The notes beneath the pieces were generated by a model, which saw only the letters and a program-made list of their open reading frames with translations, was not told where the DNA came from and ran no database searches. From Acidimicrobiia bacterium (GTDB taxonomy: Bacteria > Actinomycetota > Acidimicrobiia > IMCC26256 > JAENVU01), in the NCBI GenBank assembly GCA_036502405.1, contig DASXYP010000049.1, positions 44,596 to 108,595 of the forward strand: 64,000 nucleotides of DNA, in the 5' to 3' direction. This document shows positions 16,948-26,357 of this stretch, in pieces. Within the stretch, counting starts at the first letter, position 1; each line of letters begins with the position of its first letter. The translations under genes were made by a program, and so were the position numbers.

Positions 16948-17651
16948 CCGACGCCGCGCTGGCCCGGTGCTCGAACGTGGCCCGGACGTACGGGTCCGGA
17001 CGCGGCGCGGTCGTTGCGCTCCACCGGGCCTCGTGCGCGATTGCGCCGGGCGACCGCATCGCGATCATCGGACCGTCGGGCTCGGGCAAGTCGACGCTGC
17101 TCCACCTGATCTCGGGCCTCGACACCCCGACCACCGGCACGGTCACCTGGCCGGCGATCGGGCCCCGAGACGCGCTCCGGCCCGGTCCGGTCGCGCTCGT
17201 GCTCCAGGGACCGAGCCTGCTTCCGCCGCTGAACGTCCTGGAGAACGTCGCGCTCCCGCTGCTCCTCCAAGGCGTGAAGCTCGAGGAGGCGAACACCCGC
17301 GCCGTCGCCGCGCTCGCCCGGCTGGACCTCGCCGAGCTGGGCGACCAGCTCCCCGAAGAGCTGTCAGGGGGTCAGGCCCAGCGGGTGTCGATCGCGCGTG
17401 CGATCAGCCCCCGTCCGCGCCTGCTGCTCGCCGACGAGCCGACCGGTCAGCTCGATCAGGCCACCGCCGCGACCATCGCGGAGACACTCGTCGCGGTGGC
17501 GGACGAGATCGGGGCAGCCCTCGTCGTCGCCACTCACGACCTCACGGTCGCGGACCATCTGGACCAGGTGTGGTCCATGCGCGACGGACGGCTCACGAGC
17601 CCGTCGTCCGCGGGCGGCGACGATCGCCGCGAGGAATCGTGCCCAGCCTGA
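16944..17651 (+). CDS. ABC transporter ATP-binding protein (MacB/LolD-type, canonical motifs)
   Basis: 235 aa with an ATGA overlap. GPSGSGKST, LSGGQAQRVSIARA, LLLADEPTGQLD, ATHD. Confidence 0.95.
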   Translation: MTDAALARCSNVARTYGSGRGAVVALHRASCAIAPGDRIAIIGPSGSGKSTLLHLISGLDTPTTGTVTWPAIGPRDALRPGPVALVLQGPSLLPPLNVLENVALPLLLQGVKLEEANTRAVAALARLDLAELGDQLPEELSGGQAQRVSIARAISPRPRLLLADEPTGQLDQATAATIAETLVAVADEIGAALVVATHDLTVADHLDQVWSMRDGRLTSPSSAGGDDRREESCPA

Positions 17652-20293
17652 CCTGGCTGCGGGCGCTCGTCACGCGCCAGGGCGCCCGGGTGGTCGCGAC
17701 TGCGGCGGGCGTTGCCGTGGCGGTCGCGCTCTTCGCATCGATCGGAGCGTTCCTCGCCGCCTCGAAGGCCACCATGACCCGTCGGGCCGTGCAGAGCGTG
17801 ACCGTCGACTGGCAGGTCGAGGTGCAACCGAACGCGAGCACCCCGGCGATCCTGCGGGCGGTCCGCTCTCGTGCCACCGCCACCGCCACCGTCGGCGTCG
17901 CGTCCACGACCGGCCTCCAGGCCCGGACGGGCGGTTCGACGCAGGCCACGGGACCAGGGGTCGTGCTCGGCCTCCCGTCGCGCTACCCCGCGACGTTCCC
18001 GGGGGTGATCCGCCGGCTCGCGGGCACCCCGAGCGGCGTGCTCGTGACCCAGCAGACCGCAGCGAACCTGCACGTGACCCCGGGTGACCCGATCACCATC
18101 GGGCGTGACGGCCTCCCCGTGGCCACCGTTCGCGTGCAGGGCGTCGTCGACCTCCCGCAGGCCGACTCGCTCTTCCAGCGCGTGGGCGCGCCGCCGGGCA
18201 GCCAGCCGCAGGCTCCCCCCGACAACGTCGTCCTGCTCCCCGCTCCCGCCTGGCACACGGTGTTCGACCCGCTCGCGGCGCGCCGCCCGGACCTCGTCCA
18301 CACACAGATCCACGCCCGGCTCCCCCGCGACCTCCCGGCCGACCCGGCCGCCGCGTTCACCCGCGTGGACGGGGCGGCCCACAACCTCGAGGCGTCGGTG
18401 TCCGGCGGGGCACTGGTCGGCGACAACCTCGGCGCGACGCTCAGCGCGGCTCGGGACGACGCGCTCTATGCACAGGTGCTGTTCCTGTTCCTCGGCGTCC
18501 CCGGGATCGCGCTCGCCGCGCTGTTGACCGCGGCAGTCGCGCGCTCGGGGGCGCAGCGGCGGCGGCGCGAGCAGGCCCTGGTGCGGACCCGTGGCGCCAC
18601 GCCGGCCCTCATCGTCCGCTTCGCGCTCGCCGAGGCGCTCGTCGTCGGCGGGCTCGGCGCAGTGCTCGGCATCGGTGCCGCGCTCGCAGTCGGGGCGACG
18701 AGCTTCGGCGACGCCGGGTTCGGCGCCACGGGGCATGCGGCCGCGGTCTGGTTCGCGGCGGCCGCCGCGGTCGGGCTCGGGATCGCGGTTGCGGTCATCG
18801 TCGTGCCGACCTGGCTGGACTCGCGCCGACTGACGGTCGCGCGGGCGCGGCTGACGTTCGGGGCAGAGCGCGCGCCACGGTGGCTCCGCGGCGGACTCGA
18901 CCTGCTGCTGCTCGCCGCCGCGTACATCGTGTTCTGGCTCACCAGCCGCAACGGATACCAGCTGGTCCTGGCCCCCGAAGGGACGCCCGCGATCTCGGTC
19001 AGCTACTGGGCGCTCGCGGGGCCGGCCCTCCTCTGGCTGGGCGCCGGCCTGCTCGCGTGGCGGCTCGCGTACTGGGGCCTCGCGGCCGGGCGGGCCGTGG
19101 TCACGCGCGTCATCCGTCCTGTCGCCGGCGGCCTGTCCGGGACCGTGGCCGCCACCATGGCGCGGCAGCGCCGCCTGTTGGCCGGCGCCCTGGCGCTCGT
19201 GGCGCTCAGCGTGGCGTTCGCAGGTTCGACCGCCGGGTTCAACCGCACCTACCGGACCCAGGCCGAGGTCGACGCTCAGCTGACGAACGGCGGCGACGTC
19301 ACCGTGAGCGAGGCCCCCGGCTCCACCTCTGGTCCGAGCGTCGCCCGCCTGGCAGCCATCCACGGTGTGCGTCGCGTCGAGCCGCTCGTGCACCGCTACG
19401 CGTATGTCGGTGCGGACCTGCAGGACCTCTACGGTGTCCGGACGAGCACCATCGTCGACGCCACGCACCTGCAGGACGCGTACTTCCAGGGGGGCAGTGC
19501 CCGCTCGCTGATCACGCGCCTCGGCCGCCAACCCGACGGGGTGCTCGTGAGCGCAGAGACGGTCAAGGACTTCCAGCTCCGGCCGGGCGACCCGCTACAC
19601 CTGCGTCTCCCGGGCCACGGCCGCGGGTCACTGGTGCAGGTCCCGTTCCACTACGTCGGCATCGCGAAGGAGTTCCCCACGGCTCCCCGCGACAGCTTTC
19701 TCGTCGCGAACGCGAGCTACGTGGCGGCCAGGACCGGCAACCCTGCCATCGGGGCGTATCTCATCGACACCGGCGGGCGCTCGACCGCGACCGTCGCACA
19801 TGCGGTCCGCCGGTACGTGGGACCGACGGCGACCGTGACCGACCTCGCCACGACCCGAAAGGTCGTCGGCTCGTCGCTGACCGCGGTGGACCTCTCGGGA
19901 CTGACGAAGGTCGAGCTCGGCTTCGCAATCGTGCTCGCCGTGGCCGCGGCGGGGCTCGTGCTCGGACTCGGGCTTGCCGAGCGCCGCCGAACCTTCGCGA
20001 TCGCGGCCGCGCTCGGCGCGCGGCCCGCGCAGCTCGGTGGGTTCGTCTGGAGCGAGGCCGGCTTCGTGCTTCTGGGCGGCGTCGCCGCCGGCGGCTGCAT
20101 CGGGTGGGCCCTGGCCGCGATGTTGGTCAAAGTCCTGACGGGAGTCTTCGACCCGCCGCCCGACCACCTGTCGGTCCCATGGGGCTACCTGGCCACCGTC
20201 GCCGCGGCCGTCACCGCCGCCGTAGCGGTCGCAGCGGCCATCACCGTCCGCCGCGCCGCGAGCGCTCCCCTCACCGAGCTGCGCGACCTCTGA
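17639..20293 (+). CDS. Large FtsX-family ABC permease with two FtsX modules and large extracytoplasmic domains
   Basis: Tail of ORF 16967..20293, with a GTG at 17639 overlapping the ATPase 3' end. About 884 aa. There are two blocks of 4-TM FtsX-like helices (e.g. LFLFLGVPGIALAALLTAAV...RTRGATPALIVRF and FAIVLAVAAAGLVLGLGLAERRRTFAIAAALGARPAQL), each preceded by a large soluble loop. Confidence 0.9.
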   Translation: MPSLTWLRALVTRQGARVVATAAGVAVAVALFASIGAFLAASKATMTRRAVQSVTVDWQVEVQPNASTPAILRAVRSRATATATVGVASTTGLQARTGGSTQATGPGVVLGLPSRYPATFPGVIRRLAGTPSGVLVTQQTAANLHVTPGDPITIGRDGLPVATVRVQGVVDLPQADSLFQRVGAPPGSQPQAPPDNVVLLPAPAWHTVFDPLAARRPDLVHTQIHARLPRDLPADPAAAFTRVDGAAHNLEASVSGGALVGDNLGATLSAARDDALYAQVLFLFLGVPGIALAALLTAAVARSGAQRRRREQALVRTRGATPALIVRFALAEALVVGGLGAVLGIGAALAVGATSFGDAGFGATGHAAAVWFAAAAAVGLGIAVAVIVVPTWLDSRRLTVARARLTFGAERAPRWLRGGLDLLLLAAAYIVFWLTSRNGYQLVLAPEGTPAISVSYWALAGPALLWLGAGLLAWRLAYWGLAAGRAVVTRVIRPVAGGLSGTVAATMARQRRLLAGALALVALSVAFAGSTAGFNRTYRTQAEVDAQLTNGGDVTVSEAPGSTSGPSVARLAAIHGVRRVEPLVHRYAYVGADLQDLYGVRTSTIVDATHLQDAYFQGGSARSLITRLGRQPDGVLVSAETVKDFQLRPGDPLHLRLPGHGRGSLVQVPFHYVGIAKEFPTAPRDSFLVANASYVAARTGNPAIGAYLIDTGGRSTATVAHAVRRYVGPTATVTDLATTRKVVGSSLTAVDLSGLTKVELGFAIVLAVAAAGLVLGLGLAERRRTFAIAAALGARPAQLGGFVWSEAGFVLLGGVAAGGCIGWALAAMLVKVLTGVFDPPPDHLSVPWGYLATVAAAVTAAVAVAAAITVRRAASAPLTELRDL

Positions 20294-21723
20294 TCGACGG
20301 CGTCGCGCCAGCACACGACGTGCAGCGCGCCGAACGTCCGGTCCCGCGCGCAACGGGGCTTCCCCGTTTCGTGAATCGGGCCGTTGGACTCGAGCAGCCA
20401 CGTCCGTCCGGTCAAGGGTCCGTCGCCCACGGCTACGCCCAGGGAATTGCCGAGCCCCGCGAGGCGAACGCCCCGCGCCGGCTCGTGCCGACGAACGCTG
20501 ACGGACCAGAGGAGGAGATGGAGCCGGTTGCCGGGCCGGCTCGCGATGACGTCCCCGGGACGAGCGACGGCCTCGATCCGTCGGACGGCGAGGTCGACGT
20601 TCGATGACGCGGTGACGGTGTCGACCGCGGACGGGAGAAGGAGCACCGCAGCAGTCATGAGCGCGACGACGCCGAGCACCCGCGACCGGTGCAGGAGGTG
20701 CGCGACGAGGAAGCCGAACGCCATGCACGGACCCCACGACCACAAGGTCATCGTGCGATCCAGGAGGACCGGCGCGACGAGCCCCGCGAGCGACGCGAGC
20801 ACGGCAGGTGCGAGTGCACAACAGACGAAGACCCGGCTCAGTCGCGTCCGAGACTGCCAGACCAGCACGCTTCCGGCCACCACGGCCGCGAACGCTGCGA
20901 GCTGCAAGCTCGCGCTTGGTGTGACCAACGCGCCGAACGTCCGGATGAGGCCGTCCACCGTCGTGCGCGGGATCCAGCTCGAGTGACCACCTCGAGACTG
21001 GACGAGGAAGGTCGGGCCCCAGAGGACCGCCCAACCGACGAGCGCGGCGAGGAGCGCAGCTCGCCAGCGCCACGCGTCACGGTCCCGGCGCAGCCCGGCC
21101 AGCAGCGCGAGCCCGGCGACGAGTAGGAACATCGAGACGTGCGTCATCAGTCCGACGAAGCTCAACGCGCCGATCGCGGGTGCGTGCCATGACCTCGGCT
21201 CGTGCAACCAGGCCTCCGCCATGACCGCGACAACGACACCGATGAGCTCGAGCTCCGCGTACATGCGCGCCTCGCGGCCGAACGTGATCTGGAAGGCGCT
21301 GGCCGCCAGGAGCGCCGTGGCGACGACGCCGGCGACGCCGCGCCTGCGCATCCACCAGGCGAACACCGCGAGGGCCGCGACCGAGCAGATCACGGACGGC
21401 AGCCGGAAGACCAGCTCGCTGGCGCCGGCTCGGGCCAGGGGCGCGCGCAGGAGGTAGTCCAGAGGTGGGTGGGAGTCCCGCACGCGCAGGTACGCGAACA
21501 GGCTTCCGAGCGGCTTTCGCCCGGCCATCGCGGTGAAGGCCTCGTCGAAGCCCAGCCGCGGCGCGCCCAGCCCCCAGACCCGCACGAGCCCGCCGAGCGC
21601 GACGATCACCACGAGGGCGATGGACGACGGTCGTCTGCGGGACCGAGGCGCCGCACTGACAGCTCCGATCGGCACGCCGAACGTCGCCTTCTTCTCGGGC
21701 AGGATCGTGGGCGGCGATCGCAT
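20185..21723 (-). CDS. GT-C fold glycosyltransferase, GT39/ArnT-like (paralog of 7992..9485)
   Basis: Part of ORF 20185..22146. The start is ATG 21723, with GAAGGGG 6 nt upstream. 'RVWGLGAPRLGFDEAFTAMAGRKPLGSLFAYLRVRDSHPPLDYLLRAPLARAGASELVFRLPSVICSVAA' is near-collinear with the 7992 gene product. The 3' end overlaps the convergent permease gene by 109 nt. Confidence 0.8.
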   Translation of the reverse strand: MRSPPTILPEKKATFGVPIGAVSAAPRSRRRPSSIALVVIVALGGLVRVWGLGAPRLGFDEAFTAMAGRKPLGSLFAYLRVRDSHPPLDYLLRAPLARAGASELVFRLPSVICSVAALAVFAWWMRRRGVAGVVATALLAASAFQITFGREARMYAELELIGVVVAVMAEAWLHEPRSWHAPAIGALSFVGLMTHVSMFLLVAGLALLAGLRRDRDAWRWRAALLAALVGWAVLWGPTFLVQSRGGHSSWIPRTTVDGLIRTFGALVTPSASLQLAAFAAVVAGSVLVWQSRTRLSRVFVCCALAPAVLASLAGLVAPVLLDRTMTLWSWGPCMAFGFLVAHLLHRSRVLGVVALMTAAVLLLPSAVDTVTASSNVDLAVRRIEAVARPGDVIASRPGNRLHLLLWSVSVRRHEPARGVRLAGLGNSLGVAVGDGPLTGRTWLLESNGPIHETGKPRCARDRTFGALHVVCWRDAVDQRSRSSVRGALAARRTVMAAATATAAVTAAATVAR

Positions 21724-21849
21724 TTCGCGCCCCTTCAGGCCGCGGTTCGATGCGGCGAGCTGAAGCGAGGCCCTCGCCCGTGAACCAGGGTCATCCCACC
21801 GTTGTACCCACCCCGACCTGAAGACGTGCTGAAGCACTCCCGGCTCCTC

Positions 21850-21874
21850 GACGCTTCGGCACGCCGAAGTCGTC
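21850..21874 (-). terminator. GC-rich hairpin downstream of the SDR gene
   Basis: gacg-CTTCGG-cacg-CCGAAG-t-cgtc (6+4 bp stem), 25 nt past the stop at 21899-21901. There is no U-tract. Confidence 0.35.
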
Positions 21875-21898
21875 CTCGACCACTGACCGCGACTTCCT

Positions 21899-22627
21899 CT
21901 ACTCGCCGGGAAAGCGAAACTCGGCCTGCCACGGGCCGTCGGTCTGGACGACGTCCCAATAGCGCTCGGCAATCGGCTCCGGGTCGAACGCGGTACCAGC
22001 AACGATCTGTCCGTCGATCGTGAGCGTCGCCACTCGGATGCCGTCCGGTTCCAGGTCGGTCCCGAGCATCGTCGCGGCCGATCGGAGCGCGGCTTTGCCG
22101 AGAGAGACCGTCGCGAGCGCTGAGATCGGATGATCAGCGAATCCACCGCCCGTGACGATCAAGGTGCCGAATCCCGCGGCTTTCATGGCCGGGGCGGCCA
22201 CCTGCGCGACGACGATCGCACCGATCACGTCGACTGCATAGGCCGCCTGCAGGTGCGCAGCGCTCGCACTCAACAGCTGATCCGGCGCGCCCATGACCGC
22301 GTTGTAGATGATGACTCCCGGTGCATCGTTCCCGCGGTAGAGCTCGGTCATCCGGGCACTCAGGTCCTCGGGATCGCCTGCGTCCGCCTCGATCGTGCCG
22401 ATCTCGGCGCCAGTGTCAGACAAGCTGCCTGCGAGCTCGGCCAGATGGTCGATGCTCCGGGCGACCAACGTGACTCGGTACCCGCCGACCGCGAAGCGGC
22501 GGGCGACGGCCATGCCCAGACCGGGCCCGGCGCCGACCAGGAGCAGGTGACGGCGGTCGACCGTGCCGACGCCAACTGCCCCGCCGCTCGGGCTTCGGTC
22601 AGCGTCGCTCGTAGGTGTGCCTGTCAT
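21899..22627 (-). CDS. Short-chain dehydrogenase/reductase (SDR)
   Basis: 242 aa. Rossmann motif LLLVGAGPGLGMAVARRF and the NAV..G motif; length and layout are typical of classical SDRs. Confidence 0.9.
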   Translation of the reverse strand: MTGTPTSDADRSPSGGAVGVGTVDRRHLLLVGAGPGLGMAVARRFAVGGYRVTLVARSIDHLAELAGSLSDTGAEIGTIEADAGDPEDLSARMTELYRGNDAPGVIIYNAVMGAPDQLLSASAAHLQAAYAVDVIGAIVVAQVAAPAMKAAGFGTLIVTGGGFADHPISALATVSLGKAALRSAATMLGTDLEPDGIRVATLTIDGQIVAGTAFDPEPIAERYWDVVQTDGPWQAEFRFPGE

Positions 22628-22876
22628 GCGGCGCTCCTGACTCGATCGAGGCGGCGTTCACATTTCAGGAACGCCGTGCTGCGTGCCATCGAGAAATCCC
22701 TGAAGCTCAGTGTTGCATCCGAGTCGCCCCTCCATCTCGTCCCAGGTCGAAGCGCGCACCGCGTGCAGGCGGTCTTCGACTGCCGTGGTCCGACGTCGCG
22801 AACTCGGGCCGAAGTGTCGGGTCAACAGGCCGGCGAAGCTTGCAAGCGCGCGGATGGCGCACGATGCTGGGCCGGC

Positions 22877-23593
22877 ATGCACCCCGACCGTGCGCACGCG
22901 TCCGAGGACGCCGGGGACGCGCCGATCCGCGACCCGGCGGCGACGGCGCCGCCCGAGGAGGGCTTCCGGGTGCGGTCGTTCCTCAACGGCAGCGTCGCGC
23001 TCGACGTCGTGGTGCCGATCGTGGCGTACCAGGCGATGGTCCAGCTCCTCGGAGTGTCCCGGGTGCCTGCGCTGGTGCTCAGCGGCGCGTTCCCGGCGAT
23101 GAACGTGGTGCGCCGCTACGTGCGGGACCGGCGTGTGGATCCGATCGGTGTCATCGTGCTCGTGAGCATCCTCGTCGGGGCGGTGGTGTCGCTCGCCTCC
23201 GGTAGCGAGAAGCTCACGCTGCTTCGCGAGTCGTTCCTCACCGCCGCCTTCGGTGTGGCATTCCTCGTGTCGCTCGCGGTCGGCAAGCCCGTCATGTTCC
23301 TGCTCGTCCGACAGTTCGTGGCCCAGGAGGACGAGCATCGGCTCGCCGAGTGGGACGCGATGTGGTCCGACGTTCCCGAGTTCCGGCGGGTGATGCGTCA
23401 GATGACCGCAGTGTGGGGCGTCGCACTGCTCTCGGAGTTCGCACTGAAGGTGCTGATGATCGAGACGCTGTCGACCGATGTCGTGCAGGCGGTCTCAGGT
23501 CCGCTGCTCCTCTGCGTCATCGCCCTGCTGATCGTCGTGTCGATCCGGTGGGGTCGCCGGGCCCGTGAGCGCGGTGAAGAGGTCCCGAGCTGA
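22877..23593 (+). CDS. Integral membrane protein, function unknown
   Basis: Tail of ORF 22130..23593 from ATG 22877. About 6 hydrophobic helices after a short polar N-terminus. No catalytic motif recognised. Confidence 0.75.
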   Translation: MHPDRAHASEDAGDAPIRDPAATAPPEEGFRVRSFLNGSVALDVVVPIVAYQAMVQLLGVSRVPALVLSGAFPAMNVVRRYVRDRRVDPIGVIVLVSILVGAVVSLASGSEKLTLLRESFLTAAFGVAFLVSLAVGKPVMFLLVRQFVAQEDEHRLAEWDAMWSDVPEFRRVMRQMTAVWGVALLSEFALKVLMIETLSTDVVQAVSGPLLLCVIALLIVVSIRWGRRARERGEEVPS

Positions 23594-23662
23594 CGCGGTG
23601 CGCTCCGCGACGTTCTGGTCGCTGACCAGCACCACGTCGTCATCGTGGAAGAACCGCGGCTG

Positions 23663-24142
23663 TCACTGCTCGTGGAGCACGGCTCTTCCCTCGTCGAGTC
23701 GGAGCCCTTCGACGAACGCGCGCTGCTCCTCTGCTCGGCGCGCGAGATCGTCGAGGTCCACCAGCGGGAGTGCTTCGGGAGCGAACGCGACCTCGAGCGC
23801 GCGCCAGAGCGCGAGCTTGCCGGAGATCCCGAGGCTCAGCGCCTCGAGCTCCATGAACAGCACCAGCTGGGGCTGGCCGGTCAACGGCCCGAGCTTGAGC
23901 CGGGCCGCCTTCTCGCCGAGCCAGCCCATCGCGGCCTTCACCGCGCTCCGGTCGACGCCGAGCCGGTCGAGGATCGCCGCGAGGCTCTCCCGGTCAGCAT
24001 CGATGTCCGCCGCCAGCGAACGGACCTGGGTCTCGACTTCGGCGCCGGCGTAGTGGTCGACGATCCGGTTCGCGAGCTCCGCGCCGGCTGTCGCGCCGGC
24101 CCAGTGGTCCTGCAGGTACACCTCGAGCGCACGCTCGGCCAT
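23663..24142 (-). CDS. Hypothetical all-helical protein (159 aa)
   Basis: Part of ORF 23663..24316. ATG 24142 is preceded by GGAGG (ggaggtgtgATG). The N-terminus is 'MAERALEVYLQDHWAGATAGAELANRI'. Family not recognised. Confidence 0.7.
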   Translation of the reverse strand: MAERALEVYLQDHWAGATAGAELANRIVDHYAGAEVETQVRSLAADIDADRESLAAILDRLGVDRSAVKAAMGWLGEKAARLKLGPLTGQPQLVLFMELEALSLGISGKLALWRALEVAFAPEALPLVDLDDLARRAEEQRAFVEGLRLDEGRAVLHEQ

Positions 24143-24385
24143 CACACCTCCGGAGTTCGCGCCACGGGCACTCGAGGGTTCCGCTTCCCGAAACGGATGC
24201 GCCGGAAACCTCGGCGCGCCTGCGCGAGTTTTCCCGTCGAGACCGCCGGGTAATCGCAGCGCGCATGGTCGAGCGACCGAACGGAGCAGCGATGGCGGAC
24301 GTGCACCTCGGCGCATCGGAGATCACCGGCCTCGATTTCGAACCCGAGGGGCGGACCCCGGCGCACGACACCGTAGGAGGACCGC

Positions 24386-26200
24386 GTGCAGACGGTCAGT
24401 GACTTCGTGATCGACCGGCTCATCGAGTGGGATCTCCACCGGTTCTACGGCTACCCGGGCGACGGCATCGGCGGCTTCGACGGCGCGCTCGGCCGCGCCG
24501 AGGCCGGCGGCAAGGCGTTCCGGTACCTCCGGCCGACCCACGAGGAGATGGCGGCACTGATGGCGTGCGCGCACGCGAAGTTCACCGGCGAGGTGGGCGT
24601 CTGCATCGCGACCTCGGGGCCGGGCGCGGTGCACCTCATGAACGGCCTGTACGACGCGAAGTGCGACAACCAGCCGGTGGTCGCGATCGTCGGCCAGCAG
24701 GGACGCGCCGCGATGGGAAGCGACTTCCAGCAGGAGCTCAACATGGAGCGGCTCTTCGGCGACGTGGCCGAGTACGTCGAGACGGTCACCACGCCGATGC
24801 AGGCACAGCTCGTCGTGGACCGGGCCGTCCGCATCGCCCGCGCGTACCGCGGGCCGACCGTGGTCATCCTTCCGACGGACGTGCAGGAACTCGAGATGGA
24901 GGAGCCGGCGGTCGCCCACGGGGTGTCGCGCACCGGTGTGGGTCACGCGTCGACGCGGCTCGTCCCGCCGGAGGACGAGCTGTCCCGCGCCGCAACGGTG
25001 CTGAACGCCGGCAACAAGGTGGCGATGTTGGTAGGTGCAGGCGCGCTCGACGCCACTGATGAGATCCTCGCGATAGCCGGGCGGCTCGGCGCGGGAATCT
25101 GCACCGCGCTGCTCGGGAAGGGCGCCGTGCCCGGCGACGTCCCGTTCCACACCCAGCAGCTCGGTCTGCTCGGCTCGAAGCCGAGCTACGACATGATGCA
25201 GGACTGCGACACGCTGCTCATGGTCGGCAGCAACTTCCCGTACGGCGAGTTCCTCCCGCCGTCCGGCCAGGCCCGCGGCGTGCAGATCGACCTCAGCGCT
25301 CGCCATCTGAGCCTTCGCTACCCGATGGAGGTGAGCCTCTGGGGTGACGCGAAGACCACGCTCGCCGCGCTCCTGCCGCTTCTGGAGCAGACCGCGGACT
25401 CGAGCTGGCAGCAGACGGTCGTGGAGGGGATGCAGCGGTGGAACAGAACCTTGGCTGCGGTCGCGAAGACGAAGGCCGATCCGATCAATCCGCGGCTGGT
25501 CTTCCACACGCTGAACGAGCGCCTGCCGGAGCATGCGATCATCACCGCGGACGCCGGCACGACCGCGGACTGGTACGGCCATCACATCCGGTTGGGGCGG
25601 GACATGATGGGAAGCCTGTCGGGCCGGCTCGCGACCATGCTGGCTGCGATGCCGTATGCGCTCGCGGCGAAGTTCGCGTTTCCGGACCGGCCCGTCATCT
25701 GCACGATCGGTGACGGCGCGTTCCAGATGCTCGGCATGAACGAGCTGATCACGATCAAGCGTCACTGGCAGGAGTGGGACGACCCGACGTTCGTCGTCGT
25801 GATCCTCCACAACGACGACCTGACCCAGGTGTCCTGGGAGATGCGCGAGGTCGGCGACCCCCGCTACGACACGAGTCAGCTGCTCGAGGACGTCGACTAC
25901 GCCGGGTACGCGAACCTGCTCGGGCTCCGCGGCATCCGGATCGAGGATCCGGATCGGCTCGGGGCCGCGTGGGACGAGGCGTTCGCGGCTGACCGGCCCG
26001 TCGTGCTCGACGTCGTGACGGACAAGAACGTGCCGCCGCTGCCTGCCCACGTGACCTTCGAGCAGGCCAAGGGGGTCGCTCAGTCGCTGTTGCGGGGCGA
26101 TCCGGACGCGGGCCGGGTGGTCCAGAACAGCGCGCGAGCGGTCGCGGCCCAGATGTTCGCAAAGGTGCGCGACGTCGCGGGCTCGGAGGACGGCGCCTGA
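24386..26200 (+). CDS. Thiamine-diphosphate/FAD enzyme, pyruvate oxidase / pyruvate:quinone dehydrogenase (PoxB)-like
   Basis: 604 aa. Collinear by eye with E. coli PoxB: N-terminal 'GYPGDGIGG', 'ATSGPGAVHLMNGLYDA', TPP motif 'GDGAFQMLGMNELITI...NND', and C-terminal 'PPLPAHVTFEQAKG'. Confidence 0.9.
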   Translation: MQTVSDFVIDRLIEWDLHRFYGYPGDGIGGFDGALGRAEAGGKAFRYLRPTHEEMAALMACAHAKFTGEVGVCIATSGPGAVHLMNGLYDAKCDNQPVVAIVGQQGRAAMGSDFQQELNMERLFGDVAEYVETVTTPMQAQLVVDRAVRIARAYRGPTVVILPTDVQELEMEEPAVAHGVSRTGVGHASTRLVPPEDELSRAATVLNAGNKVAMLVGAGALDATDEILAIAGRLGAGICTALLGKGAVPGDVPFHTQQLGLLGSKPSYDMMQDCDTLLMVGSNFPYGEFLPPSGQARGVQIDLSARHLSLRYPMEVSLWGDAKTTLAALLPLLEQTADSSWQQTVVEGMQRWNRTLAAVAKTKADPINPRLVFHTLNERLPEHAIITADAGTTADWYGHHIRLGRDMMGSLSGRLATMLAAMPYALAAKFAFPDRPVICTIGDGAFQMLGMNELITIKRHWQEWDDPTFVVVILHNDDLTQVSWEMREVGDPRYDTSQLLEDVDYAGYANLLGLRGIRIEDPDRLGAAWDEAFAADRPVVLDVVTDKNVPPLPAHVTFEQAKGVAQSLLRGDPDAGRVVQNSARAVAAQMFAKVRDVAGSEDGA

Positions 26201-26357
26201 GCGAAGGGATCAGACCCCGGTCTGGCGCTGACCGAGCAGTCCTCCCACGAGCGATGTCTCGCGAAATCAACGGGACCCCGCAGCCGGTCGCTCCCATGTT
26301 TGATCGGTGCGGACCGTTGGGTAGCGGCGCGCGGTTCGCAAACGAGGAGGAGACGAC

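Noticed and set aside
22628-22876. A short minus-strand ORF tail in the 249-bp divergent region (…VRASTWDEMEGRLGCNTELQGFLDGTQHGVPEM, ending at 22658), considered as a small gene or regulator remnant upstream of the SDR.
   Set aside because: There is no credible start with an SD and no recognisable family. It is the tail of a long antisense ORF (22658..23338) opposite the membrane-protein gene.
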